The notes under the pieces: model-generated
What the model was told of the DNA's origin: nothing
The model's database searches: none
What the model saw: only the letters and a program-made list of their open reading frames with translations
Part shown: one piece after another, positions 38,240 through 49,100 of the stretch
Layout of the letters: every line of letters starts with the position of its first letter
Position numbering within the stretch: the first letter of the stretch is position 1
Assembly: GCA_050331735.1 (NCBI GenBank)
Contig: JBHJGN010000016.1
Span: 32,001 to 96,000, forward strand
From: Cyanophyceae cyanobacterium
GTDB lineage: Bacteria; Cyanobacteriota; Cyanobacteriia; Cyanobacteriales; JBHJGN01
Length of the DNA stretch: 64,000 bases
Reading direction: 5' to 3'
Position numbers and translations under genes: made by a program

Positions 38240-40123
38240 CTATTTATTGAGCAGTTGCGCCACCACATCGATCAGCTTGTCAATCTCAACAGGTTTAGAC
38301 AGATGCCGGTCGAATCCGGCTGCGAGCGATCGCTTCTCGTCGGTTTCGGAAGCAAAGGCCGTCAGCGAAAGTGCTGGCAGCTCTTTGGCAGAGGCCAAAG
38401 CCCGGACTTTTTTGATGAGTTCGTAGCCATCCATGCCTACCATAGCAACATCGCTAATCAACAGCTCTGGCTGAAACGGCTTAAGGGTCTCTAAAGCTTC
38501 TGCGCCCGATGTCACCCCCTTGACGATCGCTCCCTCCTGCCCTAGAGCAAAAACGAGCAGCTCGCAGGCATCTGGCTCATCATCGACAACCAAGATTCTC
38601 CTGCCCCGAAAATTGGTCGTCTTCTCTGACGCGGTCTGTTGATTCTGAGGCGGTTTGGCAGCGGCAATTGGCAGCATCACGGTAAAGGTGGCTCCCTGTC
38701 CTAGCCCCGGACTGTTTGCACTAACCCTTCCTCCATGCAGCTCCACCAAATGGCGCACAATTGCCAGTCCCAGTCCCAGTCCACCAGAATCTCTCGTTGA
38801 GCTGCTGTCTGCTTGACGGAAATAGTCAAAGACATGGGGTAAAAACTCAGGAGCAATGCCTTTTCCGGTATCGCTAACCTGAATTCGGACCTGGGAACCA
38901 ACCGTTGAGAGGCTAATGTCTACCTGACCACCATCGGGGGTAAACTTAACGGCATTGGAGAGTAAATTCCAGATCACCTGCTGGAGCCGCATCGGATCGC
39001 CATTCACTAAACCGACATTGGCATCGATATTGGTATTGAGATGAATCGATTTGGCTTTCGCCGCTAAATAGGTTGTTTCTAACGCCCCCGCAATGACGGT
39101 TGGTAAATCGACGATTTCCTCGGCCAGAGTCAGCTTACCTCGCACAATGCGAGAAATATCTAGCAAATCTTCGATGAGCTGCACCTGGAGGGTCGCGTTG
39201 CGCTCGATGGTTTCTAGCGCCGTCTCTGCTTGCGCCCGATCGAACTCACGTCGCCGCAGCAGTTGCGTCCAGCCCAGGATGAGGTTGAGCGGGGTGCGAA
39301 GTTCGTGGGAGAGGATGGCGAGAAACTCGTCTTTAGCGCGGTTGGCGGTTTGAGCCTGTTCGAGAAGCTGACTCCGTTCGTGTTCAGCCCGCTTGAGGTC
39401 GGTAATGTCCCTCAGCGAAACCAGATAGGCAGGATTTCCTTGCCACTGAATGTTGGCAACGCGCATTTGCGCGACGCGGTATTCTCCGGTTCTCGAGAGC
39501 AAATCGACTTCTAAAAAGTCGCTGCCAACGACCGGAAACCCAAACGGCTGTCCGAGGAGTTCGTCGGCGTGGCGAGACAGTAGCTCCAGGGCTGCTGCAT
39601 TGATAAACTGGACCTGGCGCTGAGCATCGACGACGATGATCCCGTCAGCATTTTCTGTAATAATGGTTTGGAGCTGGGCTTCACTGCTGCCAGTTGCGGG
39701 TCGAGCTAGCTGCTGGGTTTGGGCTGCCAAAGCTTTGTGAACGGCTAGCGGAAGCGACTGCTCAGCAATTAAATAATCAGTCGCTCCGGCCTGCATGTAT
39801 TCAACCGCCGCCGGAACGCTGGGACTGCCGTTAACAATAATGAAAGGAATGTCGATACCCTGCGCTTGCTTGAGCAGCAGCGCGGCTTTGACCGTTAACT
39901 GAGCCAGGGCAAAGTCGGCAATAATCAGATCAAAACCTTCACCAAGATGCACCCTGTAGTCGGCTTCCGTCGCTACGCAGCGCCAGCGAACCGTGTACCT
40001 CGCTTCCTCGAGCGTTGAGGCGATCGCCTCTGCCTGCTGACGGCAGTTATGCAAAATCAATACCTGAAGCTGAGGCTCAATTGGAGAGGCGGAGACAGCA
40101 GTAAGCCGAGGATTCTGAGTCAT
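38240..40123 (-). CDS. Hybrid histidine kinase: degenerate REC, PAS, HisKA, HATPase, REC
   Basis: FLAILSHELRTPL H-box, NLLSNAVKFT, DTGKGI, GLGLGLAI; C-terminal REC with VVDD, LISD, LTA, SKP. Confidence 0.92.
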   Translation of the reverse strand: MTQNPRLTAVSASPIEPQLQVLILHNCRQQAEAIASTLEEARYTVRWRCVATEADYRVHLGEGFDLIIADFALAQLTVKAALLLKQAQGIDIPFIIVNGSPSVPAAVEYMQAGATDYLIAEQSLPLAVHKALAAQTQQLARPATGSSEAQLQTIITENADGIIVVDAQRQVQFINAAALELLSRHADELLGQPFGFPVVGSDFLEVDLLSRTGEYRVAQMRVANIQWQGNPAYLVSLRDITDLKRAEHERSQLLEQAQTANRAKDEFLAILSHELRTPLNLILGWTQLLRRREFDRAQAETALETIERNATLQVQLIEDLLDISRIVRGKLTLAEEIVDLPTVIAGALETTYLAAKAKSIHLNTNIDANVGLVNGDPMRLQQVIWNLLSNAVKFTPDGGQVDISLSTVGSQVRIQVSDTGKGIAPEFLPHVFDYFRQADSSSTRDSGGLGLGLAIVRHLVELHGGRVSANSPGLGQGATFTVMLPIAAAKPPQNQQTASEKTTNFRGRRILVVDDEPDACELLVFALGQEGAIVKGVTSGAEALETLKPFQPELLISDVAMVGMDGYELIKKVRALASAKELPALSLTAFASETDEKRSLAAGFDRHLSKPVEIDKLIDVVAQLLNK

Positions 40124-40131
40124 GTCTTCAA

Positions 40132-41652
40132 CTATTCATTCTCTTCTAATAAGCTGCTTAAACGATCGATCTCGTTTTGACTGGTCGACGTCGGGTTTCC
40201 CGACAGAATACCGGAGACATTGCGGAACGGCTGCCCTAAGTGCATCCCTTGGTCGTCTATTGTATACTCGCGGATGCCTTTGTCATGAGCGGAACCGCGC
40301 ATTTTTAAAACGGTGAGCCCCCGACGGATTTCTCCGTAAATTTCGATATACCGCAGCAGAATAATCAAGTCAGTGCTGGTCGAAATCTTATTTTGAGTAA
40401 TCGACGCTCCCCCGGTTAAAGTAGCCGTGTTGCAGGTCAAAAACCCAGTAATGCCTCGCTCTTTGAGCAGCGCACTGAGGGTCAACAGAAATTCTCGAAA
40501 TCCCTGGATAGTCGAAGCATTTTCTAACGCCGAAATACTGTCAAGCGCCACTCGCTGCGGCTTAAATTCCTCAATCTCTTCTCTCATCCGCACAAAATGC
40601 GATTCTAAGCCCATCTCTTCTGGACTTCGACAAATGACTTTGAGGAGTCCTTCTTGCTCCATCTGCTCAAAGTTGACTCCCCAGTTGGCCGCATTTCTAA
40701 TCAACTGCTGGCGGTTCTCTTCAAACGCCAGCAGCAAACTCCGCTCGTTGCTGGTGATGCCCCCAACTAAAAACTCCGTGGCCATCAAGGTTTTTCCAGT
40801 TCCGGTGGCTCCTGATACCAGGACGACCGTTTCGCGGAAAAAGCCACCGCCGCATAGTTGGTCGAGTTCAGCATTACCGGACGTGATCCGATTCACTGAG
40901 GAAGTTTGGATCAATCCCTTCGCTGAAAACGGAATGACGACGATGCCTCGGTCGGGAAGAATGGTAAACGGAAATTCGCCTCCTTGGTGTTCTGTGCCTC
41001 GGTACTTGAGGATTTCTACCGTGCGACGGCGCCTCTCCTGAGCCAGTACGTGCCGCAGAATAATCACGTTGTCGGCGACAAACTCTTCCACACCATAGCT
41101 GCTGATTTGACCGTACTCGTCCGTACGTTCTGCTGTCAGCACGGCGGTAATGTCAAGCTCCCGCAGCGCCGCCGAAATTCTGAAGAGATCGCGGCGGACG
41201 CGACCCCGATCCGGAACGTAGCTGAGAATAGAGCTGATGGAGTCTAGAGAGATACGCTGAGCATCAACTTGGTTAATGGCGTATTGAATCCGAGCCAGTA
41301 AAGCACCCAAATCATAATCGCCGCTGATCAGCAGGTCGCTAAAGTCTTCAGCCGTGGCATCCACAATGGCCCACTTGCCTTCCTCTTCCCACTGTTCGAT
41401 ATTCCAGCCGAAGCCGCGGACGTTTTTGCGAACCATCGCTGGCGGTTCTTCAAACGTAACAAATACCCCGTTTTGACCCCGCTTAATGCCCTCTACTAAA
41501 AACTGACAGGCGAAAATCGTTTTCCCTGTCCCCGCCGTTCCGGTCACTAGACTGGTACGACCTTTTGGTAATCCTCCAAGAGAAATTAAATCGAAACCAG
41601 GAATTCCCGTTTGGACCTTTTTCAGCAGCTCTAATTCGTTGGGTGTGCTCAT
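40132..41652 (-). CDS. kaiC: KaiC homologue, KaiC3-like double RecA-fold ATPase/autokinase
   Basis: GGLPKGR, GTAGTGKT (CI) and GATGTGKT (CII), FEE pairs, VEEFVADNVIILR, ISTSTDLIILLRY with ST phosphosites, KMRGSAHDKGIREY. Confidence 0.93.
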   Translation of the reverse strand: MSTPNELELLKKVQTGIPGFDLISLGGLPKGRTSLVTGTAGTGKTIFACQFLVEGIKRGQNGVFVTFEEPPAMVRKNVRGFGWNIEQWEEEGKWAIVDATAEDFSDLLISGDYDLGALLARIQYAINQVDAQRISLDSISSILSYVPDRGRVRRDLFRISAALRELDITAVLTAERTDEYGQISSYGVEEFVADNVIILRHVLAQERRRRTVEILKYRGTEHQGGEFPFTILPDRGIVVIPFSAKGLIQTSSVNRITSGNAELDQLCGGGFFRETVVLVSGATGTGKTLMATEFLVGGITSNERSLLLAFEENRQQLIRNAANWGVNFEQMEQEGLLKVICRSPEEMGLESHFVRMREEIEEFKPQRVALDSISALENASTIQGFREFLLTLSALLKERGITGFLTCNTATLTGGASITQNKISTSTDLIILLRYIEIYGEIRRGLTVLKMRGSAHDKGIREYTIDDQGMHLGQPFRNVSGILSGNPTSTSQNEIDRLSSLLEENE

Positions 41653-41686
41653 CAAGATTAATTGCTTGGTATTTCTGCCCGTAGCC

Positions 41687-41983
41687 CTAGCTACCCTGGG
41701 CTTGCGACTTCGAGGGAATATTTAAGGCAAATAGGATAACTTCTGTATCCGACAAATCGCCAATAATGCGTTCGCAAGGGAGGGGCTGCTCTTTAACGAG
41801 AGTCGGTGTAATCAAGATTTTTTCCTCCTCCGCTACTTTAGGAGTTTTCAGGACATCGATAATGGTAATAGTGTGCTGTCCCGGTAGCTCTTGCTCGCAG
41901 AAACGATTCAGGTTAGCGATCGCCCGTTGCGATCGCAGCGTGTTTCCTGTAACGTACAGCTTAAGGAGATATTGTTCGGACAT
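41687..41983 (-). CDS. kaiB: KaiB homologue, KaiB3-like
   Basis: LKLYVTGNTLRSQRAIANL, IIDVL..P..AEEEKILITPTLVK, RIIGDLSD. Confidence 0.93.
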   Translation of the reverse strand: MSEQYLLKLYVTGNTLRSQRAIANLNRFCEQELPGQHTITIIDVLKTPKVAEEEKILITPTLVKEQPLPCERIIGDLSDTEVILFALNIPSKSQAQGS

Positions 41984-42029
41984 TAAAAATTTACGGCGCA
42001 GAGTCCTGCGTCATGGTTCCCAATCAGGA

Positions 42030-42902
42030 TCAAGACAAGTCATTATAGCTTTTCGCCAGATTAATTTTACTCAAACCAACGTAGTATCTTCGATAATAAG
42101 CTGTCAACTTGCCCATCAGCTCCAACAGCAAAAACCGCCCTTCTTCCGTGTAGGCTTGAGCTTTTTGGGGCTTAGCCGTCTGCGCCTTTTGTTTTAAAAC
42201 CTGCGTATGCAGCTCAATAATATCTCGGGGCGTTGCCTTGAGGTATCCCAACTGTTCGGCAAGAGCATCGAGCTGAGGAGAAATTTGGTACTCGACCTTA
42301 TAAATTTGCCGCTCCAGCGCCCGCTCTAGCAGTTCCTCATACCGCTGCCGTAATTCTTCAAACACGTCTGGCATTCGGCTATACAGTGGCTCTAACCCGA
42401 GCAGTTTACTATCTAAGCTTGCCGAGCCGGTCATAATCTGCTCGAGCAGCTCTAATTCCTGCTCCTGCCGCTGCCGCTGGGGTTGCTCGCGCGCGGCGAG
42501 TTGCCGACTTCGTTCGATTGCGGTGCGAATTGCATATACTAGTAAGTTAGCATCTAGCTTAGCTTTCGGCAGGTAGCCACAGGCTCCTAAATCAAGAGCT
42601 TTCACCGCTACCGTTTCATCTTCGAGGACCGATTGCACAATAATTGGCATTCCTGCCGCTACCTGCTGCACTTCTACTAATGTCCCCATTCCCCGGCTAT
42701 CTGGCAGCATAAGATCGAGGAGAACCACATCAAAGTTTCGCTGTTGCAGTTGTGCTCGCCCTGCTTCTAAAGTGTCAGCTATATCTAAACTAAACCCCTC
42801 TTTAAAAAGAGTCGAGCGAGTGTTGCTCAGAAACTGTTGAATTCTTTGGCTTTCTTCAACATCGTCTTCAATCAGGAGAACCTGGCAGCGATGATTTAAC
42901 AT
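42030..42902 (-). CDS. KaiA3-like chimera: receiver domain plus KaiA-like helical C-terminal domain
   Basis: REC with IEDD, LLDLMLPD, QS, YLPK. C-terminus PRDIIELH..EEGRFLLLELMGKLTAYYRRYY resembles the KaiA C-terminal helices. Directly upstream of kaiB and kaiC. Confidence 0.8.
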   Translation of the reverse strand: MLNHRCQVLLIEDDVEESQRIQQFLSNTRSTLFKEGFSLDIADTLEAGRAQLQQRNFDVVLLDLMLPDSRGMGTLVEVQQVAAGMPIIVQSVLEDETVAVKALDLGACGYLPKAKLDANLLVYAIRTAIERSRQLAAREQPQRQRQEQELELLEQIMTGSASLDSKLLGLEPLYSRMPDVFEELRQRYEELLERALERQIYKVEYQISPQLDALAEQLGYLKATPRDIIELHTQVLKQKAQTAKPQKAQAYTEEGRFLLLELMGKLTAYYRRYYVGLSKINLAKSYNDLS

Positions 42903-43084
42903 TGATCCCTAAGTACGTTCTTGCAGTTGTGAATAGTGCAGATCAGCATTAAGGACGTATAAGCAAATTTAGGTAAGCGTCGGGAGTTAAGCTGAGCTGC
43001 TGCCTCCTCTTAGAATTCTTAAAGATATTTTAAGCTCTGTCAAGAATCGCTAGGAATAAATCAAGAATTAACAAATTACTTTAT

Positions 43085-45502
43085 CTATTGATGGTGGTCC
43101 TCGGACTGTTTGAGCGGGAGGCTGAAGATGATGGTGGTTCCTTGTCCAGGAGCGCTCTGAGCAAGAATGTCTCCGCGATGACGAGCAATAATTTTGCGAC
43201 AGATTGCTAGACCTAAACCAGTGCCTTCGTACTGACTACTAGAATGCAGGCGATGGAAAGGCAAAAACACTTTTTGGTGGTATTGAGGATTAAAGCCAAT
43301 GCCGTTGTCTTCAATCGCAATGTGGCAGCGATCAGGGCTATGGAATTTACTGTTAGGGGAAGCGGGAAGCTGATAAATTTTGATCCGTGGAGCAACATGC
43401 GGCTGATGAAATTTCAAAGCATTGTTGAGCAGATTCTGAAACAGTTGACGCATTTGCAGCGCATCCGCTTCGAGGGTTGGTAGCTCATCGACTGCTACCT
43501 GTCCATCTGTCTTGGCGATTTCCGCTCCCAAATCGGAAACCACTTCTCGAACAATGGTGTTCAGATTCACGGTCGCAAAAGGCTGTACCTGAGTGGCAAC
43601 GCGAGAAAAAGTCAGCAAATCTTTGATGAGAATCTGCATCCGATGAGTCAGCCTCCCCATGCGTTCAACATAGTCGCGCCCGTCGAAATCTAGCACTTCG
43701 CCATATTCCTCGATGAAGATGTCGCTTAACATTTGATGCTTATATAGAGGAGCCAGCAAATCGTGAGACACAACGCTAGCAAATTCTTCTAAATCGCTGT
43801 TGCTGCGCTCCAGTTCGGCAACGAGATTCTCTGATTGAGATTCTACTCGCTTGCGCTGGCTAATATCCTGAATTTGAGAGACAAAATAGAGCGGTTGCGC
43901 CTCCGTATTTTGAACCAGGGAAACGTTTAGTAACACCCACACGAGATGCCCTTGTTTGTGGATGTAGCGTTTCTCCATCTGATAGGTGCGAATGTCTCCC
44001 GCAAGCATCTGCTGCACGTAGGCAAGATCGATATCGAGATCGTCAGGATGAGTGAGGTCTTGAAACGTTTTTGCCAGCAGCTCTTTCGTGTCATAGCCCA
44101 ATAGTTCGCATAACGAGCGATTCACTCGCAAGAAGCGTCCGTCGGGAGCCACCAGTGCTTCTCCGGTGGCGGCATCGTCGAAGGCGCGACGAAAGCGTTC
44201 TTCGCTCTGGCGCAGTTGCTCTTCGACCTGCTTCATTTTAGTAATCTCTCGTCCTTCGGCAATGAGCCAGTTAACGTCGGTCTCTCCCACCGGACGCAGA
44301 GAAAAATCAATAGTAATAATCTGCTGATCGGCTCCCTGAACGTCCACTTCGTAGCGCACAAAGTTTCCTTGAGCAGCAGCGGCGATCGCCTCTTGCAGTC
44401 GCTCCTGAGCCTGACGTGATATCCGCCACCAGTGAGCCTCCCAAAAGGGTTTACCCACCACATCTGAGCGCTGCATTCCCCCAAAGTCGAGAGCCGTTTG
44501 ATTGACTTCTAACAGCAGTCCCTGCGGAGTCAGCAGCCCGATAAACTGAAACGTTTGATTAAATATAGCGCGAAAGCGGCGTTCGCTCGCTGACAGGGCA
44601 CGGGTCATCTGCTGCTGCTGGCGGTCCAGCTCATTGAGTTTTCTAGCAACCCACCAGACAACCCACCCTAACAGCAATACCTCCACAATACTTCTGAGGG
44701 CAATGCCAAAATCTGCTCCATAGAAATTGTGGCGCAATCCCAACAGCACTAGCCAGCCGACAATCACTGGCATCCCTAAAACAATGGGGAGAAAGGTCCG
44801 GGCCATAATGCCTCCGGCTGCGTCGGTGGTGATCACTCTCATCCATCCTCGCTCCGGGTAGGTTCCTAACAGCGCCAGAGCGAGCAACACAAAATTGATT
44901 CCAGTAGGAATGGCCATCCCGGTGTAGGAATCGATACCGTAGAGGATCGTGAGGTCGTAAGCATGACCGACGAGACCCAAGAACGCAATCAGAAAAACGA
45001 GGTAAGCTAAACTCTGAGCAGCCCAGTAGCGCTGTCGGGTCAGCAACACGACTGCTGCACTCCACAAGAGAAAGTTGCTCGCCGTATTCGGAGCCATCTG
45101 ACCCCGTGCTGTCTTGGCGATCGCCTCAGAAGAGCGAAAGAGAACTTCCTCGATGCCTAGATTGATATTTAAGGTGTACTGAATCAGGGTCAGCAGGCTC
45201 AAGAACACCACGCCAGCAGGAAGTGCGTAAACGAGCGGAAATAAATGGCGGTGTCTGCTGCTCTGGTGACGGACTTGGTGCTGATACCTCCCCAAAAACA
45301 AGCTGCTGCTGATAAAACTGAAGGCGGTACTGACGGCCATCGTTACCCGTTCCGGCAGAAAGCTTGTTAAAACGGCCACATCAAAGAGCCAGCCCAACAG
45401 CACCAAGCAGCTTATCCCCAATACCACAAAACAGGCCGCGTGAGCCGCAAACATCAGCTTGCTGTTCAAGGAATCGACGGTTGACGGGGTTTGCTTAGAC
45501 AT
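43085..45502 (-). CDS. Multi-TM sensor histidine kinase with two PAS/PAC domains
   Basis: About 7 hydrophobic helices, two SE(E/R)RFR-PAS blocks, FASVVSHDL H-box, QLFQNLLNNALKF, DNGIG, GTGLGLAIC. Confidence 0.92.
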   Translation of the reverse strand: MSKQTPSTVDSLNSKLMFAAHAACFVVLGISCLVLLGWLFDVAVLTSFLPERVTMAVSTAFSFISSSLFLGRYQHQVRHQSSRHRHLFPLVYALPAGVVFLSLLTLIQYTLNINLGIEEVLFRSSEAIAKTARGQMAPNTASNFLLWSAAVVLLTRQRYWAAQSLAYLVFLIAFLGLVGHAYDLTILYGIDSYTGMAIPTGINFVLLALALLGTYPERGWMRVITTDAAGGIMARTFLPIVLGMPVIVGWLVLLGLRHNFYGADFGIALRSIVEVLLLGWVVWWVARKLNELDRQQQQMTRALSASERRFRAIFNQTFQFIGLLTPQGLLLEVNQTALDFGGMQRSDVVGKPFWEAHWWRISRQAQERLQEAIAAAAQGNFVRYEVDVQGADQQIITIDFSLRPVGETDVNWLIAEGREITKMKQVEEQLRQSEERFRRAFDDAATGEALVAPDGRFLRVNRSLCELLGYDTKELLAKTFQDLTHPDDLDIDLAYVQQMLAGDIRTYQMEKRYIHKQGHLVWVLLNVSLVQNTEAQPLYFVSQIQDISQRKRVESQSENLVAELERSNSDLEEFASVVSHDLLAPLYKHQMLSDIFIEEYGEVLDFDGRDYVERMGRLTHRMQILIKDLLTFSRVATQVQPFATVNLNTIVREVVSDLGAEIAKTDGQVAVDELPTLEADALQMRQLFQNLLNNALKFHQPHVAPRIKIYQLPASPNSKFHSPDRCHIAIEDNGIGFNPQYHQKVFLPFHRLHSSSQYEGTGLGLAICRKIIARHRGDILAQSAPGQGTTIIFSLPLKQSEDHHQ

Positions 45503-45672
45503 CAGTGCCAGTGAAGGCTGCTTTCTCTATTGTCCAACATCCTTTTCCAGATTGGCTTCTCAAAAAGCGCTCGCCCCTTTTGCCTGGATATAAATAGTTC
45601 AACAGCTTTCGATCTATCCTAAGACATATTAATATTCTCTAACTCTAGAGAGAGCAGCGGCTCACTTTTGCA

Positions 45673-45819
45673 ATGGAAGACTTCAGCCAAGCCCTCATTA
45701 GCAAATGTGTAGATTCGTTTCGCCTTCAGCAAATTGTCTCAAATTTAGTCGGTAACGCGATCCGTTACACCGACTCAGGAGCAGTAACCGTTGAGCGTCT
45801 AGTCCGCCCGCGAGCTTAG
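45673..45819 (+). pseudogene. Histidine kinase HATPase fragment
   Basis: 48-aa frame containing DSFRLQQIVSNLVGNAIRYTDSGAVTV (N-box); no H-box or G boxes. Confidence 0.7.
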
Positions 45820-45854
45820 TCGTTCAGTTCTACTGAAAGTAGGATGAAGCAACG

Positions 45855-46055
45855 ATGATTTATTCCCACAATAAAGGCGATACGATCGCTTTTATTGCTA
45901 TGGACCCCCAAACTCAGAAAGAAGATATCAACGCTAGACCTGTTCTCACTCCAGACAAAACGCCCTCTTGGAAGTTTGGCATTACTTTAACAGTGGTCGT
46001 CGCGCTGCCTCTCCTCATCATCGCTGGATTTTACTTTGGTCTTTTTAACCTGTGA
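45855..46055 (+). CDS. Small single-TM membrane protein (start may be ATG 45900)
   Basis: C-terminal hydrophobic helix FGITLTVVVALPLLIIAGFYFGLF. Confidence 0.55.
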   Translation: MIYSHNKGDTIAFIAMDPQTQKEDINARPVLTPDKTPSWKFGITLTVVVALPLLIIAGFYFGLFNL

Positions 46056-46183
46056 TCCGGCTGAAGGAGTGAAGCGCGGCTAGGGGCATGAGACACAAGT
46101 TAGCAAACGCAGACAAACAGCGATAACTGCGGTCAGAACCTATACAATATTTGGGACTGAAATATCATTCCCGGTGATAGTCT

Positions 46184-49100
46184 ATGCCCCGCCGCGACGA
46201 TCTGCACAAAATTTTGCTTCTCGGTTCTGGTCCCATCGTGATCGGCCAAGCCTGCGAATTTGACTACTCTGGAACCCAAGCCTGTAAAGCCCTGCGAGAA
46301 GAAGGATATGAGGTGGTGCTGGTTAATTCTAACCCGGCCTCAATTATGACTGACCCGGAAATGGCGGATCGAACCTACATCGAACCGCTGACTCCGGATA
46401 TCGTTGAAAAAATCATCGCCAAAGAACGACCCGATGCTCTGCTGCCGACGATGGGCGGACAGACAGCGCTGAACGTTGCTGTCACTCTCGCCAAACAAGG
46501 TGTACTGGACCGCTACAAAGTCGATCTGATTGGAGCCAAGCTTGGGGCCATCGAAATGGCCGAGGATCGTCAGCTCTTTAAAGAAGCGATGGCGCGGATT
46601 AGCATACCAGTGTGCCCTTCAGGAATCGCGAGTAGTTGGGACGAAGCCAAGGCGATCGCCCAAGTCATCGGCTCCTACCCCTTAATTATTCGGCCCGCCT
46701 TTACCCTCGGCGGCAGCGGCGGCGGCATTGCCTACAACCAGGAGGAGTTCGAGGAAATTGCTCAGCTTGGGCTAGATGCCTCTCCGGTTTCCCAGATTTT
46801 AGTGGAAAAGTCTCTGCTGGGGTGGAAAGAGTACGAACTAGAGGTGATGAGGGATCTGGCCGATAACGTGGTGATTATCTGCTCGATCGAAAACGTCGAT
46901 CCGATGGGCGTACATACCGGAGACTCGATTACCGTGGCCCCGGCTCAAACCCTAACCGATAAAGAGTATCAGCGACTGCGGGATGCGTCTCAGAAAATCA
47001 TCCGCGAGATTGGAGTCGAAACGGGTGGCTCGAACATTCAGTTTGCCGTGAACCCCGTTAACGGCGAAATCGTGGTGATTGAAATGAACCCACGGGTGTC
47101 TCGCTCCTCGGCCCTCGCCTCGAAAGCAACGGGATTTCCCATTGCTAAGTTTGCCGCTAAGTTGGCTGTAGGCTACACCCTCAGCGAAATCAACAACGAC
47201 ATTACTAAAAAAACGCCCGCTTCGTTTGAGCCAACCATCGATTATGTCGTCACGAAAGTGCCCCGCTTTGCCTTCGAGAAATTCCCCGGCACCAAAGCCA
47301 TCTTGACCACGCAGATGAAGTCCGTCGGAGAAGCGATGGCGATTGGACGCACCTTCCAGGAATCCTTTCAAAAAGCCCTCCGCTCCCTCGAAACGGGTCG
47401 CTACGGCTTCGGGTGCGATCGCGCCCAAACCCTGCCGTCTCTGGGGCAAATCCGCTCTCAGTTGCGCACCCCAAATCCAGAACGCATCTTTACGATTCAC
47501 CAGGCGCTCCGGTTGGGAATGTCGGTAGAGGAAATCCACGAACTGACCGCCATCGATCTTTGGTTTTTAGACAAACTGGCGGAATTACTGGAAACGGAAA
47601 AATTCCTCAAGCGCACTTCCCTCAAGCAGATTACCGGAGAGCAGATGCGCTCTATTAAACAGCAGGGATTTTCCGATCATCAGATTGCCTTTGCCACTAA
47701 AACCGGCGAAGACGAAGTCCGCTCGACCCGTAAACAATTGGGAGTCGTGCCAGTTTACAAAGTAGTCGATACCTGCGCTGCCGAATTTGAAGCCTTTACA
47801 CCCTACTACTACTCCACCTACGAACCGGAAGAATCAGAAGTCACGCCCTCGGATAAACGAAAAGTGATGATCCTCGGCGGTGGTCCCAACCGCATCGGTC
47901 AAGGCATCGAGTTCGACTACTGCTGCTGCCATGCCGCCTTTGCCCTCAGCGATGCCGGATTTGAAACCATTATGGTCAACTCTAACCCCGAAACGGTTTC
48001 GACCGACTACGATACGAGCGATCGCCTCTACTTTGAACCCCTCACGAGGGAGGACGTGCTTAACATTATTGAAGTCGAAAATCCGGAAGGCATTATTATT
48101 CAGTTTGGGGGGCAAACGCCCCTCAAGCTAGCCGTGCCGCTAGAAAACTATCTCAACGCACCCGAGGGCCAGGTCCATACCAAAATTTGGGGAACCGCTC
48201 CCGACTCCATTGATGCCGCAGAAGATCGCGAACGCTTCGAGAAAATCCTCCGAGAACTCGACATCAAGCAGCCGCCCAACGGCATTGCCCGCAGCTACGA
48301 GGAAGCGTTGGCAATATCGGGGCGCATCGGCTATCCGATCGTCGTGCGTCCCTCCTACGTCCTCGGCGGCAGGGCGATGGAAATTGTCTACTCCGACGAA
48401 GAGCTACAGCGCTACATCACCTACGCCGTTGAAGTCGAGCCAGAACATCCCATTCTCATCGATAAGTTTCTGGAAAACGCCATTGAGGTCGATGTCGATG
48501 CCCTCGCTGACCAAACTGGGCAAGTCGTCATCGGCGGCATTATGGAACACATCGAGCAAGCAGGGGTTCATTCTGGAGATTCGGCCTGCTCCATTCCCTA
48601 CACCTCTCTGTCTGCCTCCATTGATACAATTCGTCGGTGGACTGAACAGCTCGCCCGAGCGTTAAAAGTGGTGGGATTAATGAATATTCAGTACGCGGTG
48701 CAGGGCGAACAGGTGTATATTCTAGAAGCGAACCCCCGCGCCTCTCGCACTGTTCCCTACGTTTCCAAAGCGACCGGAGTGCCGCTGGCCAAGCTAGCCT
48801 CTCAAATCATGTCTGGTAAAACGCTGAAGTCGCTAGGAGTGACTCATGAGCCCGTGCTTGAGCATATCGCGGTCAAAGAGGCCGTACTCCCGTTCAGTAA
48901 ATTTCCCGGTTCCGATACGCTGCTGGGTCCAGAAATGCGCTCAACCGGGGAAGTAATGGGCATTGATACCGAGTTTGGGCGGGCCTTTGCCAAGGCTGAA
49001 ATTGCGGCAGGGGTAGATTTAGCGCTGGAGGGCACGGTGTTTGTATCGATGAGCGATCGCGATAAAGCAGCAGCGGTGCCCGTTGTTAAAGACCTCATTG

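Noticed and set aside
40132..42902. Canonical kaiA1B1C1 clock operon
   Set aside because: The upstream gene has a true receiver domain, KaiB lacks the KaiB1 acidic tail, and KaiC is diverged with a shorter tail; this fits the Kai3 type
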